In this document: in pieces, positions 28,779-38,611 of the stretch | How the letters are laid out: each line of letters starts with the position of its first letter | Numbering within the stretch: the stretch's first letter is position 1 | Source: an uncultured Thermomicrobiales bacterium | GTDB taxonomy: Bacteria > Chloroflexota > Chloroflexia > Thermomicrobiales > CFX8 | Length of the DNA: 64,000 nucleotides | Direction: 5' to 3' | Assembly: GCA_964462545.1 (NCBI GenBank) | Contig: CAYWXR010000008.1 | Coordinates: 57,814 to 121,813, forward strand | Made by a program: the position numbers and the translations under genes | Notes under the pieces: model-generated | Told to the model about the DNA's origin: nothing | The model's database searches: none | Seen by the model: the letters and a program-made list of their open reading frames with translations, nothing else

Positions 28779-31751
28779 ATGGCAGCATGGCGCACACCAC
28801 CCCGGCCCGCATATCCCAACCCGCACGCCTCGGTAACGTCCATGATCATTTCGGACAACCTGCCGATGCGCAACGCACTGGCCGATACCATTGCCGGCGA
28901 AGGTGCTGCAATCGTCGCGCTGGATTCCATCGAGGAAGCAGTCGAACGGCTCAATATCGCCAGTTTTCCGCTCATCTTCGCACCGCGACGCCTGCCGGAC
29001 ATGAGCGGTAGCGACATCTGCCGGCGGTTGCGGGCAACGGCTCATGGCGATCAGGCCTGGATTATCGCGCTGCCCAACTTTGATCTGGCGACCCCGCAGC
29101 AGGTCATCACCAGCGGGTTTGACGGCTACATTCGTGCCCCGTTTGAACCGGGCGAAATCGCGTTGCTGCTCGCCGGTGCCTCCCGAAACCAACGATCCGC
29201 CGAACGCTTGCGCCAGGCTGAAACCCTGGCAGCAACACTTGGTGACCTGACTGCATCCCTGGCCGATTGCAACTCGCCCGAGGAGATTGGCTACCACCTG
29301 CTGGCAACGACCTGCCGGCAGATCCCGGGCAGCGGTGGAGCAGTCTGGCTCCGGGATACGGGGAGCAACATGCTCCACTGTGTTGCGACTGCCGGTCTTT
29401 CCGGCGATTACCCACTAACCGGTAGCCAGATTTTTGCCGGATACGGCGACGAACAATGGGCGAATCTTGCCCGGCAACCGGAATACATCAACACCACCAC
29501 CGGCGCGCCGCGAGTATTTATCGACGTCGCTCGCTCCGAGGGGTATGTTGCATCGCTTTCGGTCGCTCTGTTCACCCCGGCAGGAGTGCTCGGTGTGCTG
29601 GTGATGTACCTGCATGACCATGCCCAACCGGCAGTCCACCAGGTTGCAATGCTCGAAACGTGTGCCGGCACGGCGTCACTGGCGTTCGACCGCCTGGCGG
29701 CCCGGCAGCAGACGGAAATGCTCCGAACCCTGATCGAACATCTGCCGGATGGCGTGTTTGTCAGTGACCTCAACGGCGAATTTGTCATGGTTAACCCGGC
29801 ACTGGAAGAGATGACCGGGATGAGCCGGGCCATGCTCGAACAGCGCAATCTGTTCGACCTGCTGGTAGACGGAGTCTCCGGTGCCGGTGGAGCCGAGGTG
29901 CTGCGGACGATCCGGGCAATCGTCAATAACAGGACGGCTGTTCCCCGTCAGGAGTCACCTGTCGTCGAGGTGTTACAGCAAGACCGTCCACCAATCCGTG
30001 CCGAACTTCACCTGCGACCACTACCGGTCAGCGGCTGGCAGCACGACATCCTCATCCAGGGGGTGCTCCACGATGTCACCGAGCGCGAGCGCGCGCGTCT
30101 GGAACTCGATGTTCTGCGGGCCACTGCCGAAGCAACTTCTACGGCTACCAGTCTGGAGCAGATTACCCGAGCCGTTTGTTCCACGCTGCGAACGCAGGTC
30201 GGCTACAAGGACGTTGTCATCTGGTTGATGCACCGCAACGGGAAGGAACTGATTACCCGCCGGGAGCAAACCGGACTGTCAGAATCCATCCCGGTTGGTG
30301 AGGGCGCTCCGGGCAGGGCCGCGCAAACCGGTGAGACCGTCTTCCTTCGCGGGACGCACGGTCCATTCACTGTCGTCGGGCAACCACAGGATAGCCGGGT
30401 CTGCATTCCGCTGGTCAGCAACTCGCACGTGGTCGGGATTGTCGATGTGACCGGCGAACCGGGGCATCCGCTTGAAGACCAGGATGTCCGGTTCCTGACA
30501 GCCCTGACCACCCAGCTTTCCACCTCCTTCGAGCGCATCCAGTTGCATCAGGAACTGCGCCGCCGGGCAACCATCGACAGCGTGACCGGACTCGAAAACC
30601 GGGAGACATTCCTGCGTCGCCTTGAAGATGCAATCGCCAATACCGGCGACAGCCCGCTATCGCTGCTGATTGTTGGTGTCGACAGTTTCAAGGCGATCAA
30701 CGATACCTATGGTCACCTGATCGCCGACAACTTGCTCAAGCAGGTCGCCGAGACGCTGAAGAGCCGGATCCGGCCGCCGCAAACCATTGCCCGCTATACC
30801 AGCGACCAGTTCGCCGTCATCCTGCCGGGAGTCAGCCGGGCCGACGCACCGGCAATCGGCGAGAATCTGCGAATCGGGGTTGGCACCCAACTCTTCATGG
30901 CTGCCGAACAGGTTGAACAGATGACTGTCAGTGTCGGAGCAGCCAGTTACCCGACCGATGCCGGCTCGCTTGACCAGTTGCTGCTGGCTGCCAGCCACGC
31001 CATGTACCTGGCAAAACAGGCTGGCCGCAATCAGGTGTATCAGTCCAATGAAGCCTTCGCCGAACTTGCGGCAGCCCATGGTCGCATCGTCGATCTGCTG
31101 CGGCAATCTCCGCAACAGACACTTTCCTTGCTGGTACGGGCTGTCGACCAACGCACCCCGGAACGTGCCGGGCACTCCCAACGAGTGGCCGATTACGCGC
31201 TGGCGCTGGCACGGACGCTCGGGATGGCCGAGGACGAACTCGCAGCCCTGCGGATCGCCGCGGTGATCCACGACATCGGCATGTTCTCGCTGCCGGATTC
31301 CCTGCTGCGCAAACCGGCGGGACTTTCCGATTCCGAACGGGAACTGCTCTACAGCATCCCGATCAACGCCCACCGCCTGCTCTCGCAAGTGCCACTACCG
31401 GCCAGCGTTCTGCCTGCGGTGATCCACCAGCATGAACACTGGGATGGATCGGGCTATCCGTCCGGCCTGCGCGGCGAGATGATCCCTCCGGGAGCACGGA
31501 TCATCGCTGTTGCCGATGCGATCGACGCCATGACGTCGGAGCGCGCCCATCGTCACTCCCTGACGATGCAGGAAGCGCTCCAGGCACTCTCGGATCAGGC
31601 CGGCCAGCGCTACGACCCGGATGTCGTCCGCGCCGCCCACTCCCTGCTCGGCGAGTTCGACAACGTCCGCAGAATCCACCAACCGGACCTCGAATCCACC
31701 CTGGATGAGGCACTCTCGATCATCCCCGATCCCGAACGCGCGTCGGCATAG
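28779..31751 (+). CDS. REC-GAF-PAS-GAF-GGDEF-HD-GYP signalling protein with degenerate motifs
   Basis: LPDMSGSDICRRLR (REC); LIEHLPDGVFVSD (PAS); ATIDSVTGL...FKAINDTYGH...RYTSDQF (GGDEF); HDIG...HEHWDGSGYP (HD-GYP); alternative start at 28662. Confidence 0.88.
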   Translation: MAAWRTPPRPAYPNPHASVTSMIISDNLPMRNALADTIAGEGAAIVALDSIEEAVERLNIASFPLIFAPRRLPDMSGSDICRRLRATAHGDQAWIIALPNFDLATPQQVITSGFDGYIRAPFEPGEIALLLAGASRNQRSAERLRQAETLAATLGDLTASLADCNSPEEIGYHLLATTCRQIPGSGGAVWLRDTGSNMLHCVATAGLSGDYPLTGSQIFAGYGDEQWANLARQPEYINTTTGAPRVFIDVARSEGYVASLSVALFTPAGVLGVLVMYLHDHAQPAVHQVAMLETCAGTASLAFDRLAARQQTEMLRTLIEHLPDGVFVSDLNGEFVMVNPALEEMTGMSRAMLEQRNLFDLLVDGVSGAGGAEVLRTIRAIVNNRTAVPRQESPVVEVLQQDRPPIRAELHLRPLPVSGWQHDILIQGVLHDVTERERARLELDVLRATAEATSTATSLEQITRAVCSTLRTQVGYKDVVIWLMHRNGKELITRREQTGLSESIPVGEGAPGRAAQTGETVFLRGTHGPFTVVGQPQDSRVCIPLVSNSHVVGIVDVTGEPGHPLEDQDVRFLTALTTQLSTSFERIQLHQELRRRATIDSVTGLENRETFLRRLEDAIANTGDSPLSLLIVGVDSFKAINDTYGHLIADNLLKQVAETLKSRIRPPQTIARYTSDQFAVILPGVSRADAPAIGENLRIGVGTQLFMAAEQVEQMTVSVGAASYPTDAGSLDQLLLAASHAMYLAKQAGRNQVYQSNEAFAELAAAHGRIVDLLRQSPQQTLSLLVRAVDQRTPERAGHSQRVADYALALARTLGMAEDELAALRIAAVIHDIGMFSLPDSLLRKPAGLSDSERELLYSIPINAHRLLSQVPLPASVLPAVIHQHEHWDGSGYPSGLRGEMIPPGARIIAVADAIDAMTSERAHRHSLTMQEALQALSDQAGQRYDPDVVRAAHSLLGEFDNVRRIHQPDLESTLDEALSIIPDPERASA

Positions 31752-31766
31752 CGTACACTTCACGGC

Positions 31767-32534
31767 ATGACAACAGCGGATCAGGCGTTTGAGCGATTTC
31801 TGCGAGACGGGAACACGCCGTTTGCCGGGTGGGATTTCGGGTATATCTCGAACACCGGGCGGATGGTCGAATCACCGCTACCGTGGAGTTATGCCAGTCT
31901 GGTCGTGCGATACCTTGCTGCTGCCAGATCATTGCTGGATATGGGAACCGGCGGCGGAGAGTTTCTCTCGCTGATGCGGCCACTACCGGATTACACCGCG
32001 GCAACCGAGGGTTATCCACCAAACTTCCCGATCGCTCGTGAACGTCTTGCACCGCTTGGTATTGAGGTACACACGGTCGAGGATGACGCCAGCCTGCCCT
32101 TCCCGGACAACAGTTTCGACCTGGTGATCAACCGGCACGAGTCCTACGCAGTTTCAGAGGTAGAGCGGATTCTCAAACCCGGCGGCCACTTCATTACCCA
32201 GCAGGTTGGTGGAGACAACGACAACGAACTGAACAGATTGCTCGGGGCGCCGGCCAATGATGAATACGCCCACTGGAACCTCGCCTACGCCGTCAACGAG
32301 TTCACCGGTAGCGATCTGGAAGTAATCTGGAGGGCCGAGTCGGAAGTGCCGACGCGCTTTTATGACATTGGCGCGGTGGTCTATTACCTCCAGGCTGTTC
32401 CCTGGCAGATTCCCGACTTTTCTGTCGATGCCTACCGGGACCATCTGCGTCACCTGCATGACATCATCCTGGCCGACGGTTACCTCGACATCCCGTCCAG
32501 CCGGTTTATCCTCATTGCCCGGAAGCCGGCCTGA
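31767..32534 (+). CDS. Class I SAM-dependent methyltransferase
   Basis: PFAGWDF, LLDMGTGGGE, ATEGYPPN, LPFPDNSFDLVINRHE, LKPGGHFITQQVG. Confidence 0.9.
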   Translation: MTTADQAFERFLRDGNTPFAGWDFGYISNTGRMVESPLPWSYASLVVRYLAAARSLLDMGTGGGEFLSLMRPLPDYTAATEGYPPNFPIARERLAPLGIEVHTVEDDASLPFPDNSFDLVINRHESYAVSEVERILKPGGHFITQQVGGDNDNELNRLLGAPANDEYAHWNLAYAVNEFTGSDLEVIWRAESEVPTRFYDIGAVVYYLQAVPWQIPDFSVDAYRDHLRHLHDIILADGYLDIPSSRFILIARKPA

Positions 32535-32581
32535 TCCGGCGTTTTGCTGCTGACCTCATCTCATTTCTGCAGGAACAGAAT

Positions 32582-32611
32582 CAGGGCGACGCCAATGGCG
32601 TCGCCCTGTAC
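32582..32611. repeat. REP-like palindrome
   Basis: CAGGGCGACGCCA-A-TGGCGTCGCCCTG, flanked by GTAC, between convergent genes. Confidence 0.55.
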
Positions 32612-32637
32612 ATGAATCTCGCGGATTGCCGGGAGAA

Positions 32638-33762
32638 TTACTGCTCGCCGGCGGCCCATTTGGTTGCACCGAGAACCAGTTGGGTGGTCAAGGCAAGGCC
32701 CTTGCCGATGGGAGAGATCTTGATGCGCTCCTTGACCGAGTGCGCGCCTTCACCCTCGCTGATGCCGACACAGACAGCCGGAATCCCGAAATTGATCGGG
32801 ATATTCATATCGGTGCTGGACGACTCGAAGGTCGGGTCGAAACCAAGCGAACGCAGGATGTTGCCGGCCATTGCGACCAGTGGTGCATCCTCGGTCTGCT
32901 GTCCTGCCGGGCGGAACCCGAGGAGTTCGATATCGGTGGAAAGCCCCTCTCCGGCACGGGTCTCGACGATTTCCTGGACTGTCGCGACCAGCTTGTCGAG
33001 CTCCTCGGCGCTTTCCGAGCGCATATCGATAATGGCCGAGGCACGTTCGGCGATCGAGTTCACCGTGGTGCCGCCTTCAATGACACCAACATTGAACGTG
33101 GTCTTCGGGTCAGACGGAACCTTGAGGTCGGCGATCGCCGCGCCGATCCGGCAAAGTCCGTGGATCGCACTTGGCGCACCGAAGGCACCGAACGAGTGTC
33201 CACCAGGGCCGGAAACGGTCACCTTCCAGCGGACCGAACCGACGCCACTCATCGTGACCCGGCCAAGACCGCCATCCAGCACGACAACGCCGGCGAGTTC
33301 ATCCCGGAACCGCTCCACCGCCTGCCGGGCACCCCGCAGGTTGCCCAGACCTTCTTCGCCGACATTGGCAACGGCGATAATGTCGACCGGAGTTTCGATG
33401 CCAAGTTCGTCGTAGATCTGGATCAGCGTCAGCATACCGGCGACATTCGAGGCGTTGTCACCAATGCCGGGGCCATACAGCCAGTCCCCTTCTCGGCGCA
33501 TGTCCAGTTCGGTATGGGCCGGGAAGACGGTATCGGTGTGGGCCAGCAGCATAATCGCCTTGCCGCCCTTGTTGCCCCGGCGAACATAGACATTGTGAAT
33601 ATCGTCGATCTCCGGTTCGTAGCCGAGGTCTTTCCAGATACTGGCAACAAAGGCAGCGCGTTCGGCTTCGGACCCGGTCGGCGATGGTACCGAGGCAATC
33701 CGCAGGATCCGGTCGACGACCGTCTCTACATGCCCGGATGCTGCATCAATCAACGCTTGCAT
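32638..33762 (-). CDS. M20/M25/M40 family metallopeptidase
   Basis: LLAHTDTV, GPGIGDN, NVGEEGLGNLRG, GPGGHS, SSTDMNIP, GAHSVKE. Confidence 0.88.
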   Translation of the reverse strand: MQALIDAASGHVETVVDRILRIASVPSPTGSEAERAAFVASIWKDLGYEPEIDDIHNVYVRRGNKGGKAIMLLAHTDTVFPAHTELDMRREGDWLYGPGIGDNASNVAGMLTLIQIYDELGIETPVDIIAVANVGEEGLGNLRGARQAVERFRDELAGVVVLDGGLGRVTMSGVGSVRWKVTVSGPGGHSFGAFGAPSAIHGLCRIGAAIADLKVPSDPKTTFNVGVIEGGTTVNSIAERASAIIDMRSESAEELDKLVATVQEIVETRAGEGLSTDIELLGFRPAGQQTEDAPLVAMAGNILRSLGFDPTFESSSTDMNIPINFGIPAVCVGISEGEGAHSVKERIKISPIGKGLALTTQLVLGATKWAAGEQ

Positions 33763-33797
33763 TGGCTCTCCCTCTCCCCTGGCTTTGCGTCTTGCGG

Positions 33798-34724
33798 CTA
33801 CTTTCCGGTCAACTTCGCAACAATTGGAGCAAACTGCTCCATGACCGGCGGGCGCACAACATAGTATGAGAATCCGTACCGCTCACGCCGCTCGTACAGC
33901 GTTTCGATCATTGATTCCATCGTACCGAACAGCACATGCGGAGAATCGGCAATAACCTCTTCCGAAACATTCCAGGCGGCCGCCTTTTCGGCGATGGTAC
34001 TGGCAGGATTATCGGTTACTTCCAGCGCCTGGTTAAGCATCTGCAGTTCGATCTGGTCAAACCGGTCGCCCGCCTCCGCCCGGAGATGATCGACCTGGCG
34101 CTGGACAGTCGCTGCGCCGATATCCATATCGATGCCGCCATCCTTGCCTGCCGGCGGGGCGATGCCGACGATATCCGCCATCTTTGCCGCAACCGAGAGC
34201 AGGCGCTTTCCACCCGCACCGATGAGGATCGGCGGATGTGGCTTCTGCACCGGCATCAGATTCAGACGGAAATCGACCATGTTGTAGTACTTGCCGGAGA
34301 AGTTGACCGGTTCACCACGCCAGGCCGTCTTCATGATCTCCAGACTCTCGACCAGACGCTCCACCCGCACACCGGGGCGATCAAACGGGATACCGGAGCG
34401 GGTGTAATCCTCGGGGTCCCACCCTGCGCCAATGCCCAGTTCAAAACGGCCATCGCTGATGATGTCGATGGTGTTGGCATCGGTAATGGTCAACGACGGC
34501 AGACGAAAGTCGTTATCCAGCACAAGTGTCCCGACGCGGAGTGAAGTGGTGGTTGCCACTGCCATCAGGGCCGGTGCCCAGCCAAAACGTCCACCGATGT
34601 GATCGGCTACCGACAGCGAGGTGTAGCCGAGGGCCTCAATCTTCTTTGCCTGTTCGAGCCATTCCCGGCCAGTCGGTGCCGGCGGCACCTGCACGCCAAA
34701 GCGAAACGGACGTGGGTGGGTCAT
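33798..34724 (-). CDS. LLM-class, probably F420-dependent, oxidoreductase (TIGR03621-like)
   Basis: RPFRFGVQ, VADH, LRVGTLVLDNDFR, SDGRFELGIGAGW, PVQKPHPPILIGAGGKRLL, RRERYGFSY. Confidence 0.85.
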   Translation of the reverse strand: MTHPRPFRFGVQVPPAPTGREWLEQAKKIEALGYTSLSVADHIGGRFGWAPALMAVATTTSLRVGTLVLDNDFRLPSLTITDANTIDIISDGRFELGIGAGWDPEDYTRSGIPFDRPGVRVERLVESLEIMKTAWRGEPVNFSGKYYNMVDFRLNLMPVQKPHPPILIGAGGKRLLSVAAKMADIVGIAPPAGKDGGIDMDIGAATVQRQVDHLRAEAGDRFDQIELQMLNQALEVTDNPASTIAEKAAAWNVSEEVIADSPHVLFGTMESMIETLYERRERYGFSYYVVRPPVMEQFAPIVAKLTGK

Positions 34725-36472
34725 AAATCCAGAATCCCTTCAAGAAGTTCACACGCCTGGAGCAACGCATCGTGAATCCTGTTCCGCTGGCGAATCAGCC
34801 GGGTCCAGAGGAACCGGTGTTCTGATGATTCAGGGGCCAGCACTGCCAGTTCACGCATTGGCGCCAATCCGGGCAAAATCGGCAATTGCAATGCCGGGTC
34901 AATTTCGTACGGTCCATCGATCGTAAACAGCGCCGGATTCACGATCCGCGTTAATCTCAGCACTGTCCGGTTGTACCGGTTCGGGTCGGTCACGCCGGAG
35001 GCGGCAAGATCACCGGCCAGTTCCCGGTACCGCTCAGCGGCGGCAATCGTATCCGATAGGTCAAGCAAATGACCGGCCACCTGCTGGAGAGCGCCCAGTT
35101 CGCTGACAAAGTCCTGGGCCGAGGGGACAAAGTTGTAAGGATGCTCTTCCGGCAGACACATCCGGGCCGCCATCGTGACGTAGATGCGGGTATCATCGGC
35201 CAGAATCGCCGCGTCGGCCTTGTCCAGAGTGTCTTCCGGCGAATGCCACCAGTAGGCACCGCCGCATCCGCCAACAGCCTTACGGTCCGGATGGTCCAGC
35301 GGCAGCATCCGGAAAGCTCCCATGCTGGGCAGCCCCACACCGAGGAACGACTGGTCCCCTGCCTTCAGCGGCCGGCGGATGTTTGGTTGCTGACCGGATA
35401 GCTGCTCGACCACCGCGCTGGTAATATGCTCGATCTCGCCCATGTTGTAGCGACAGTCCCAGATTTCGGTCTCCCGGACACCCGGGGAATCAATGTTGAG
35501 ATACCCGAGGCAACGTTCACGCAGTTCGGCGAAGTGGGTATCGACGTACCAGGTCGAACCGGAGTAGCGCCCGGTGGAGTGTCCTGGCCACCAGCCAAAG
35601 CGCACCCCGTGCCGGAGGTGACCTCGCTGTTCACCCAGTACCCGTGCCATTTCAATCAGGGCAGCATCGCCGGTCGCGTTGTCGGTAATGCCCTCGTACC
35701 AGGAATCAATATGCGCGCCCACCAACAGGAAACGATCGCTCCCCTCGGCAGGAATATCAGCAATAACCAACGGTAACTGGCGCCAGGCGGTATCGACATT
35801 CGAAACCATCCGCACCCGGACTGTGCCGGCCGCGCAGCGTTCCTGCAGACAGGTGCCATCGGCATTGTTGACGCCCAGCACCGGAATGGTCGGCAGGCGT
35901 TTCGCCGATTCCGGAGTTGGCGTGCCCCAGACACTGGTGCCGATCATCTCGTGGATGACATGCTCATCCGATGGCCAGATGTGGATGTGCCCGGCTGCCC
36001 CACGTTCCTGTGCCCGGCGGATACCATCCGGCCCGCCATCCATGGTCACGACGATCTTGCCCGTGACATCCAGCCCGGTGTAATCGCCGGCCACGGCACG
36101 GTGACTGAAGATCATCGCCCCGGCTTCCGGTTGCTCGAACGGCACAAATACCAGTTCGGCTTCCACTCCGCCTTCAGGGGTCTGCGCGCCGAACGACCGG
36201 GTGCGAACAGGGATGTCTTCCAGGTCATTCCCGTCGGCATCGAGCAGTGTCAGGCGTCCCTCCAGGGGCCATGAGATAAGTGAGGTGAACTCGTGGATGG
36301 TTGCATCCACGCCGTACGCGGTCATGCAATCGCGGATATAGCGTGCCGCTTCCCACTCATCATCACTCCCGGAGTCCCGGAACAGCGAGTTGAACCGTTC
36401 GAGATGTTCCTGCAACCGTTCGGCTGAAACGGCAGACCGCAATTGTTCCTCAATGGTGCTGTGTTCGCTCAT
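34721..36472 (-). CDS. M28 family peptidase with PA domain
   Basis: LVGAHIDSWYEGITDNATG, WWPGHSTGRYSGSTWY, NIDSPG, AGDQSF, WWHSPEDT. Confidence 0.85.
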   Translation of the reverse strand: MSEHSTIEEQLRSAVSAERLQEHLERFNSLFRDSGSDDEWEAARYIRDCMTAYGVDATIHEFTSLISWPLEGRLTLLDADGNDLEDIPVRTRSFGAQTPEGGVEAELVFVPFEQPEAGAMIFSHRAVAGDYTGLDVTGKIVVTMDGGPDGIRRAQERGAAGHIHIWPSDEHVIHEMIGTSVWGTPTPESAKRLPTIPVLGVNNADGTCLQERCAAGTVRVRMVSNVDTAWRQLPLVIADIPAEGSDRFLLVGAHIDSWYEGITDNATGDAALIEMARVLGEQRGHLRHGVRFGWWPGHSTGRYSGSTWYVDTHFAELRERCLGYLNIDSPGVRETEIWDCRYNMGEIEHITSAVVEQLSGQQPNIRRPLKAGDQSFLGVGLPSMGAFRMLPLDHPDRKAVGGCGGAYWWHSPEDTLDKADAAILADDTRIYVTMAARMCLPEEHPYNFVPSAQDFVSELGALQQVAGHLLDLSDTIAAAERYRELAGDLAASGVTDPNRYNRTVLRLTRIVNPALFTIDGPYEIDPALQLPILPGLAPMRELAVLAPESSEHRFLWTRLIRQRNRIHDALLQACELLEGILDL

Positions 36473-36563
36473 TGGCCCACCTCCCGTTTGTTCCGGAGAC
36501 ACCGGAGCATCATAACCTACCCTGGATACACGGAAGGGTCCGCCGGGAATAGTAGGCTTGAAA

Positions 36564-36590
36564 GGAACGAAACCGGCAATAACGGAGTTG
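36564..36590 (+). promoter_or_regulatory. Putative ECF (SigH/SigR-type) promoter
   Basis: GGAAC-N18-GTTG about 40 bp upstream of the cytochrome c start. Confidence 0.35.
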
Positions 36591-36628
36591 CCGGTAGCTA
36601 TAGACGGAAAGAATCCAGGAGGCTGAAG

Positions 36629-37087
36629 ATGCCAACCTCGTGGCGACGGCTTACGCTGCTGGTGGCGGCAGTATTGCTGCTTTCAATGGGACTTGCGGCA
36701 TGTGGCGACGATGATGACAGTGCCGACCCGACTGCAACCTTGTCCACATCAACCGAGGCAACCCAATCACCCGAAGATGAAGGTTCCGATGGTGATGTTC
36801 CTGATGGAGATGCGGCCGCTGGTGAGGCTATCTGGCAAGCCCAGTGCATGGCTTGCCACACCATCGACGGCAATGCAGGTGTCGGTCCCACCTGGCAGGG
36901 TCTCTGGATGTCCGAGGTTACCCTGACCGACGGCTCCACTGTCACCGCCGATGCGGATTACATTACCGAATCGATCGTTGAGCCAACTGCCAAGATTCAC
37001 GAAGGTTTCGGCCCGAGCATGCCGAAGATGAACCTTACTGATGAGCAGATTGCCGATGTCATCGCCTTTATTGCGACGCTTGAATAG
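36629..37087 (+). CDS. Monoheme cytochrome c lipoprotein
   Basis: Lipobox LAAC, acidic linker, CMACH, GPTWQGL...TVTADADYITESIVEP, SMP axial Met. Confidence 0.9.
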   Translation: MPTSWRRLTLLVAAVLLLSMGLAACGDDDDSADPTATLSTSTEATQSPEDEGSDGDVPDGDAAAGEAIWQAQCMACHTIDGNAGVGPTWQGLWMSEVTLTDGSTVTADADYITESIVEPTAKIHEGFGPSMPKMNLTDEQIADVIAFIATLE

Positions 37088-37121
37088 CCGGCGGTCTGCA
37101 AAAACAAATCACTGGATATAT

Positions 37122-37152
37122 CGAGGGGCGCACCGGTTGCGCCCCTCGTCTC
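37122..37152 (+). terminator. Stem-loop after the cytochrome c gene
   Basis: CGAGGGGCGCA-CCGGT-TGCGCCCCTCG. Confidence 0.55.
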
Positions 37153-37289
37153 GTTCCAGTCCCTCTCACGCAAGAAGCGCAATTGCAGTACCGGAAGATG
37201 CTCATTTCCCACATCACAACCCAAAGATGGCTACACTTGAGGCGTTGGAACGCCGGGAGCGTTCCGTGTTGGGGTGCAGGAGAAAGCGC

Positions 37290-37829
37290 GTGCGATTCCA
37301 TCCGGTCGTAATCGCCAGCATGATGTTCATGCTTCTGGTGTTCACCGCATGCGGTGGTGATGGCGACGCCACCAACGGCAACCCGGAACTTTCGGTGGAA
37401 CCGACCGGGATAACCGTCGAGAACCCGTGGGTGCGTCCGGCCATCCTGCCGGCGGGTCATCCGTCATCGCACACTGACGAGGATGACAGCGACCACAGCC
37501 ACCACGGTAGCGGTGTGATCAGTGCCATGTACCTGACTATTTCAAACGACCGCGGTCAGGCAGTGCAGTTGACAGCCGTCGAAACCTCGATCGCCGAAGT
37601 GATCGAGATCCACCAGACCGAGAACCAGAATGGACTGATGCGGATGCAGCCAGTTCAGGCCGTCGAGATCCCGGCCGGTGGAACGGTTGAATTTGCGCCG
37701 GGTGGCCATCACGTCATGCTGATTGACATTACCGAGCAACTTGACGCCGGCGACACCATTTCCGCAACGCTCGTCTTCAACACCGGCGAACGGATCGAAC
37801 TGCCGGATGTCCCGGTTATCGACCAGTAA
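37290..37829 (+). CDS. Copper chaperone PCu(A)C lipoprotein
   Basis: FTAC lipobox; VENPWVR; SAMYLTISN; EIHQT...LMRM...PGGHHVML (H-M-H-M motif); His-rich insert. Confidence 0.88.
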   Translation: MRFHPVVIASMMFMLLVFTACGGDGDATNGNPELSVEPTGITVENPWVRPAILPAGHPSSHTDEDDSDHSHHGSGVISAMYLTISNDRGQAVQLTAVETSIAEVIEIHQTENQNGLMRMQPVQAVEIPAGGTVEFAPGGHHVMLIDITEQLDAGDTISATLVFNTGERIELPDVPVIDQ

Positions 37830-37860
37830 ATCGCCCGTTTCCACAGAATGTATCGGACCA

Positions 37861-38526
37861 ATGAACACTTCAAACGAACGCTCGCTGCTGGAACCAAGAC
37901 GCGTCGGGCTGCTGGCCCTGATCGTCGCAGTGATCATCGGGACCATGGCGCTTGGATTGCCACGACTGGTGAACAGTGACGATGATGACATACCGGTTGC
38001 CGTTGAACGCCGGCAAACCATTGACCCGCCACGCGACCTGACCAACTTCACGCTGACGAACCAGCATGGCGAGGAGATGAGCCTGAGTGACCTGGCCGGG
38101 AAACCGGTGCTGCTCTTCTTCGGTTTCACTCACTGCCCGGATATCTGCCCCACGACGCTGGCAGAGTTCCGGGTCATCAAACGGGAACTTGGTAATCTCG
38201 GCGACCAGGCACACTTCGTGATGGTGAGCGTTGATGGCTCGAGAGACACCCCGGAAGTCATGCGCAATTACGTCGAGAAGTTTGATCCGACCTTCATCGG
38301 ACTCACCGGAGACGAAGAAGTGATCCGCGCATTCAGTACGGATTATCACCTCTTCTTCAACCGCTCGGCAGGCACACCGACGGCTGCCGGTTACCTGGTC
38401 GACCACACCGCCTACAGCTATCTGATCGATCAGCAGGGGAAGCTGCGAACGATCTACCCCTTCCAGGCTCCGATCAACCTGGTCGTTGAGGATATGCGTG
38501 AACTGATCGGCAGCGCCCGCCAATAG
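37861..38526 (+). CDS. SCO family copper-binding protein
   Basis: N-terminal TM; FFGFTHCPDICP; YLVDHTAY. Confidence 0.92.
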   Translation: MNTSNERSLLEPRRVGLLALIVAVIIGTMALGLPRLVNSDDDDIPVAVERRQTIDPPRDLTNFTLTNQHGEEMSLSDLAGKPVLLFFGFTHCPDICPTTLAEFRVIKRELGNLGDQAHFVMVSVDGSRDTPEVMRNYVEKFDPTFIGLTGDEEVIRAFSTDYHLFFNRSAGTPTAAGYLVDHTAYSYLIDQQGKLRTIYPFQAPINLVVEDMRELIGSARQ

Positions 38527-38611
38527 GCGCTAATCTGTAACACAACGGCATCATGGGGCACGCGCCCCGTTATGTCCTGTCGAACCGCAAATCACTGAGA
38601 GGACGCGCAGC

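Noticed and set aside
32638-36472. RiPP cluster (F420 reductase plus peptidases)
   Set aside because: No precursor peptide, lanthipeptide synthetase, YcaO or radical SAM gene nearby
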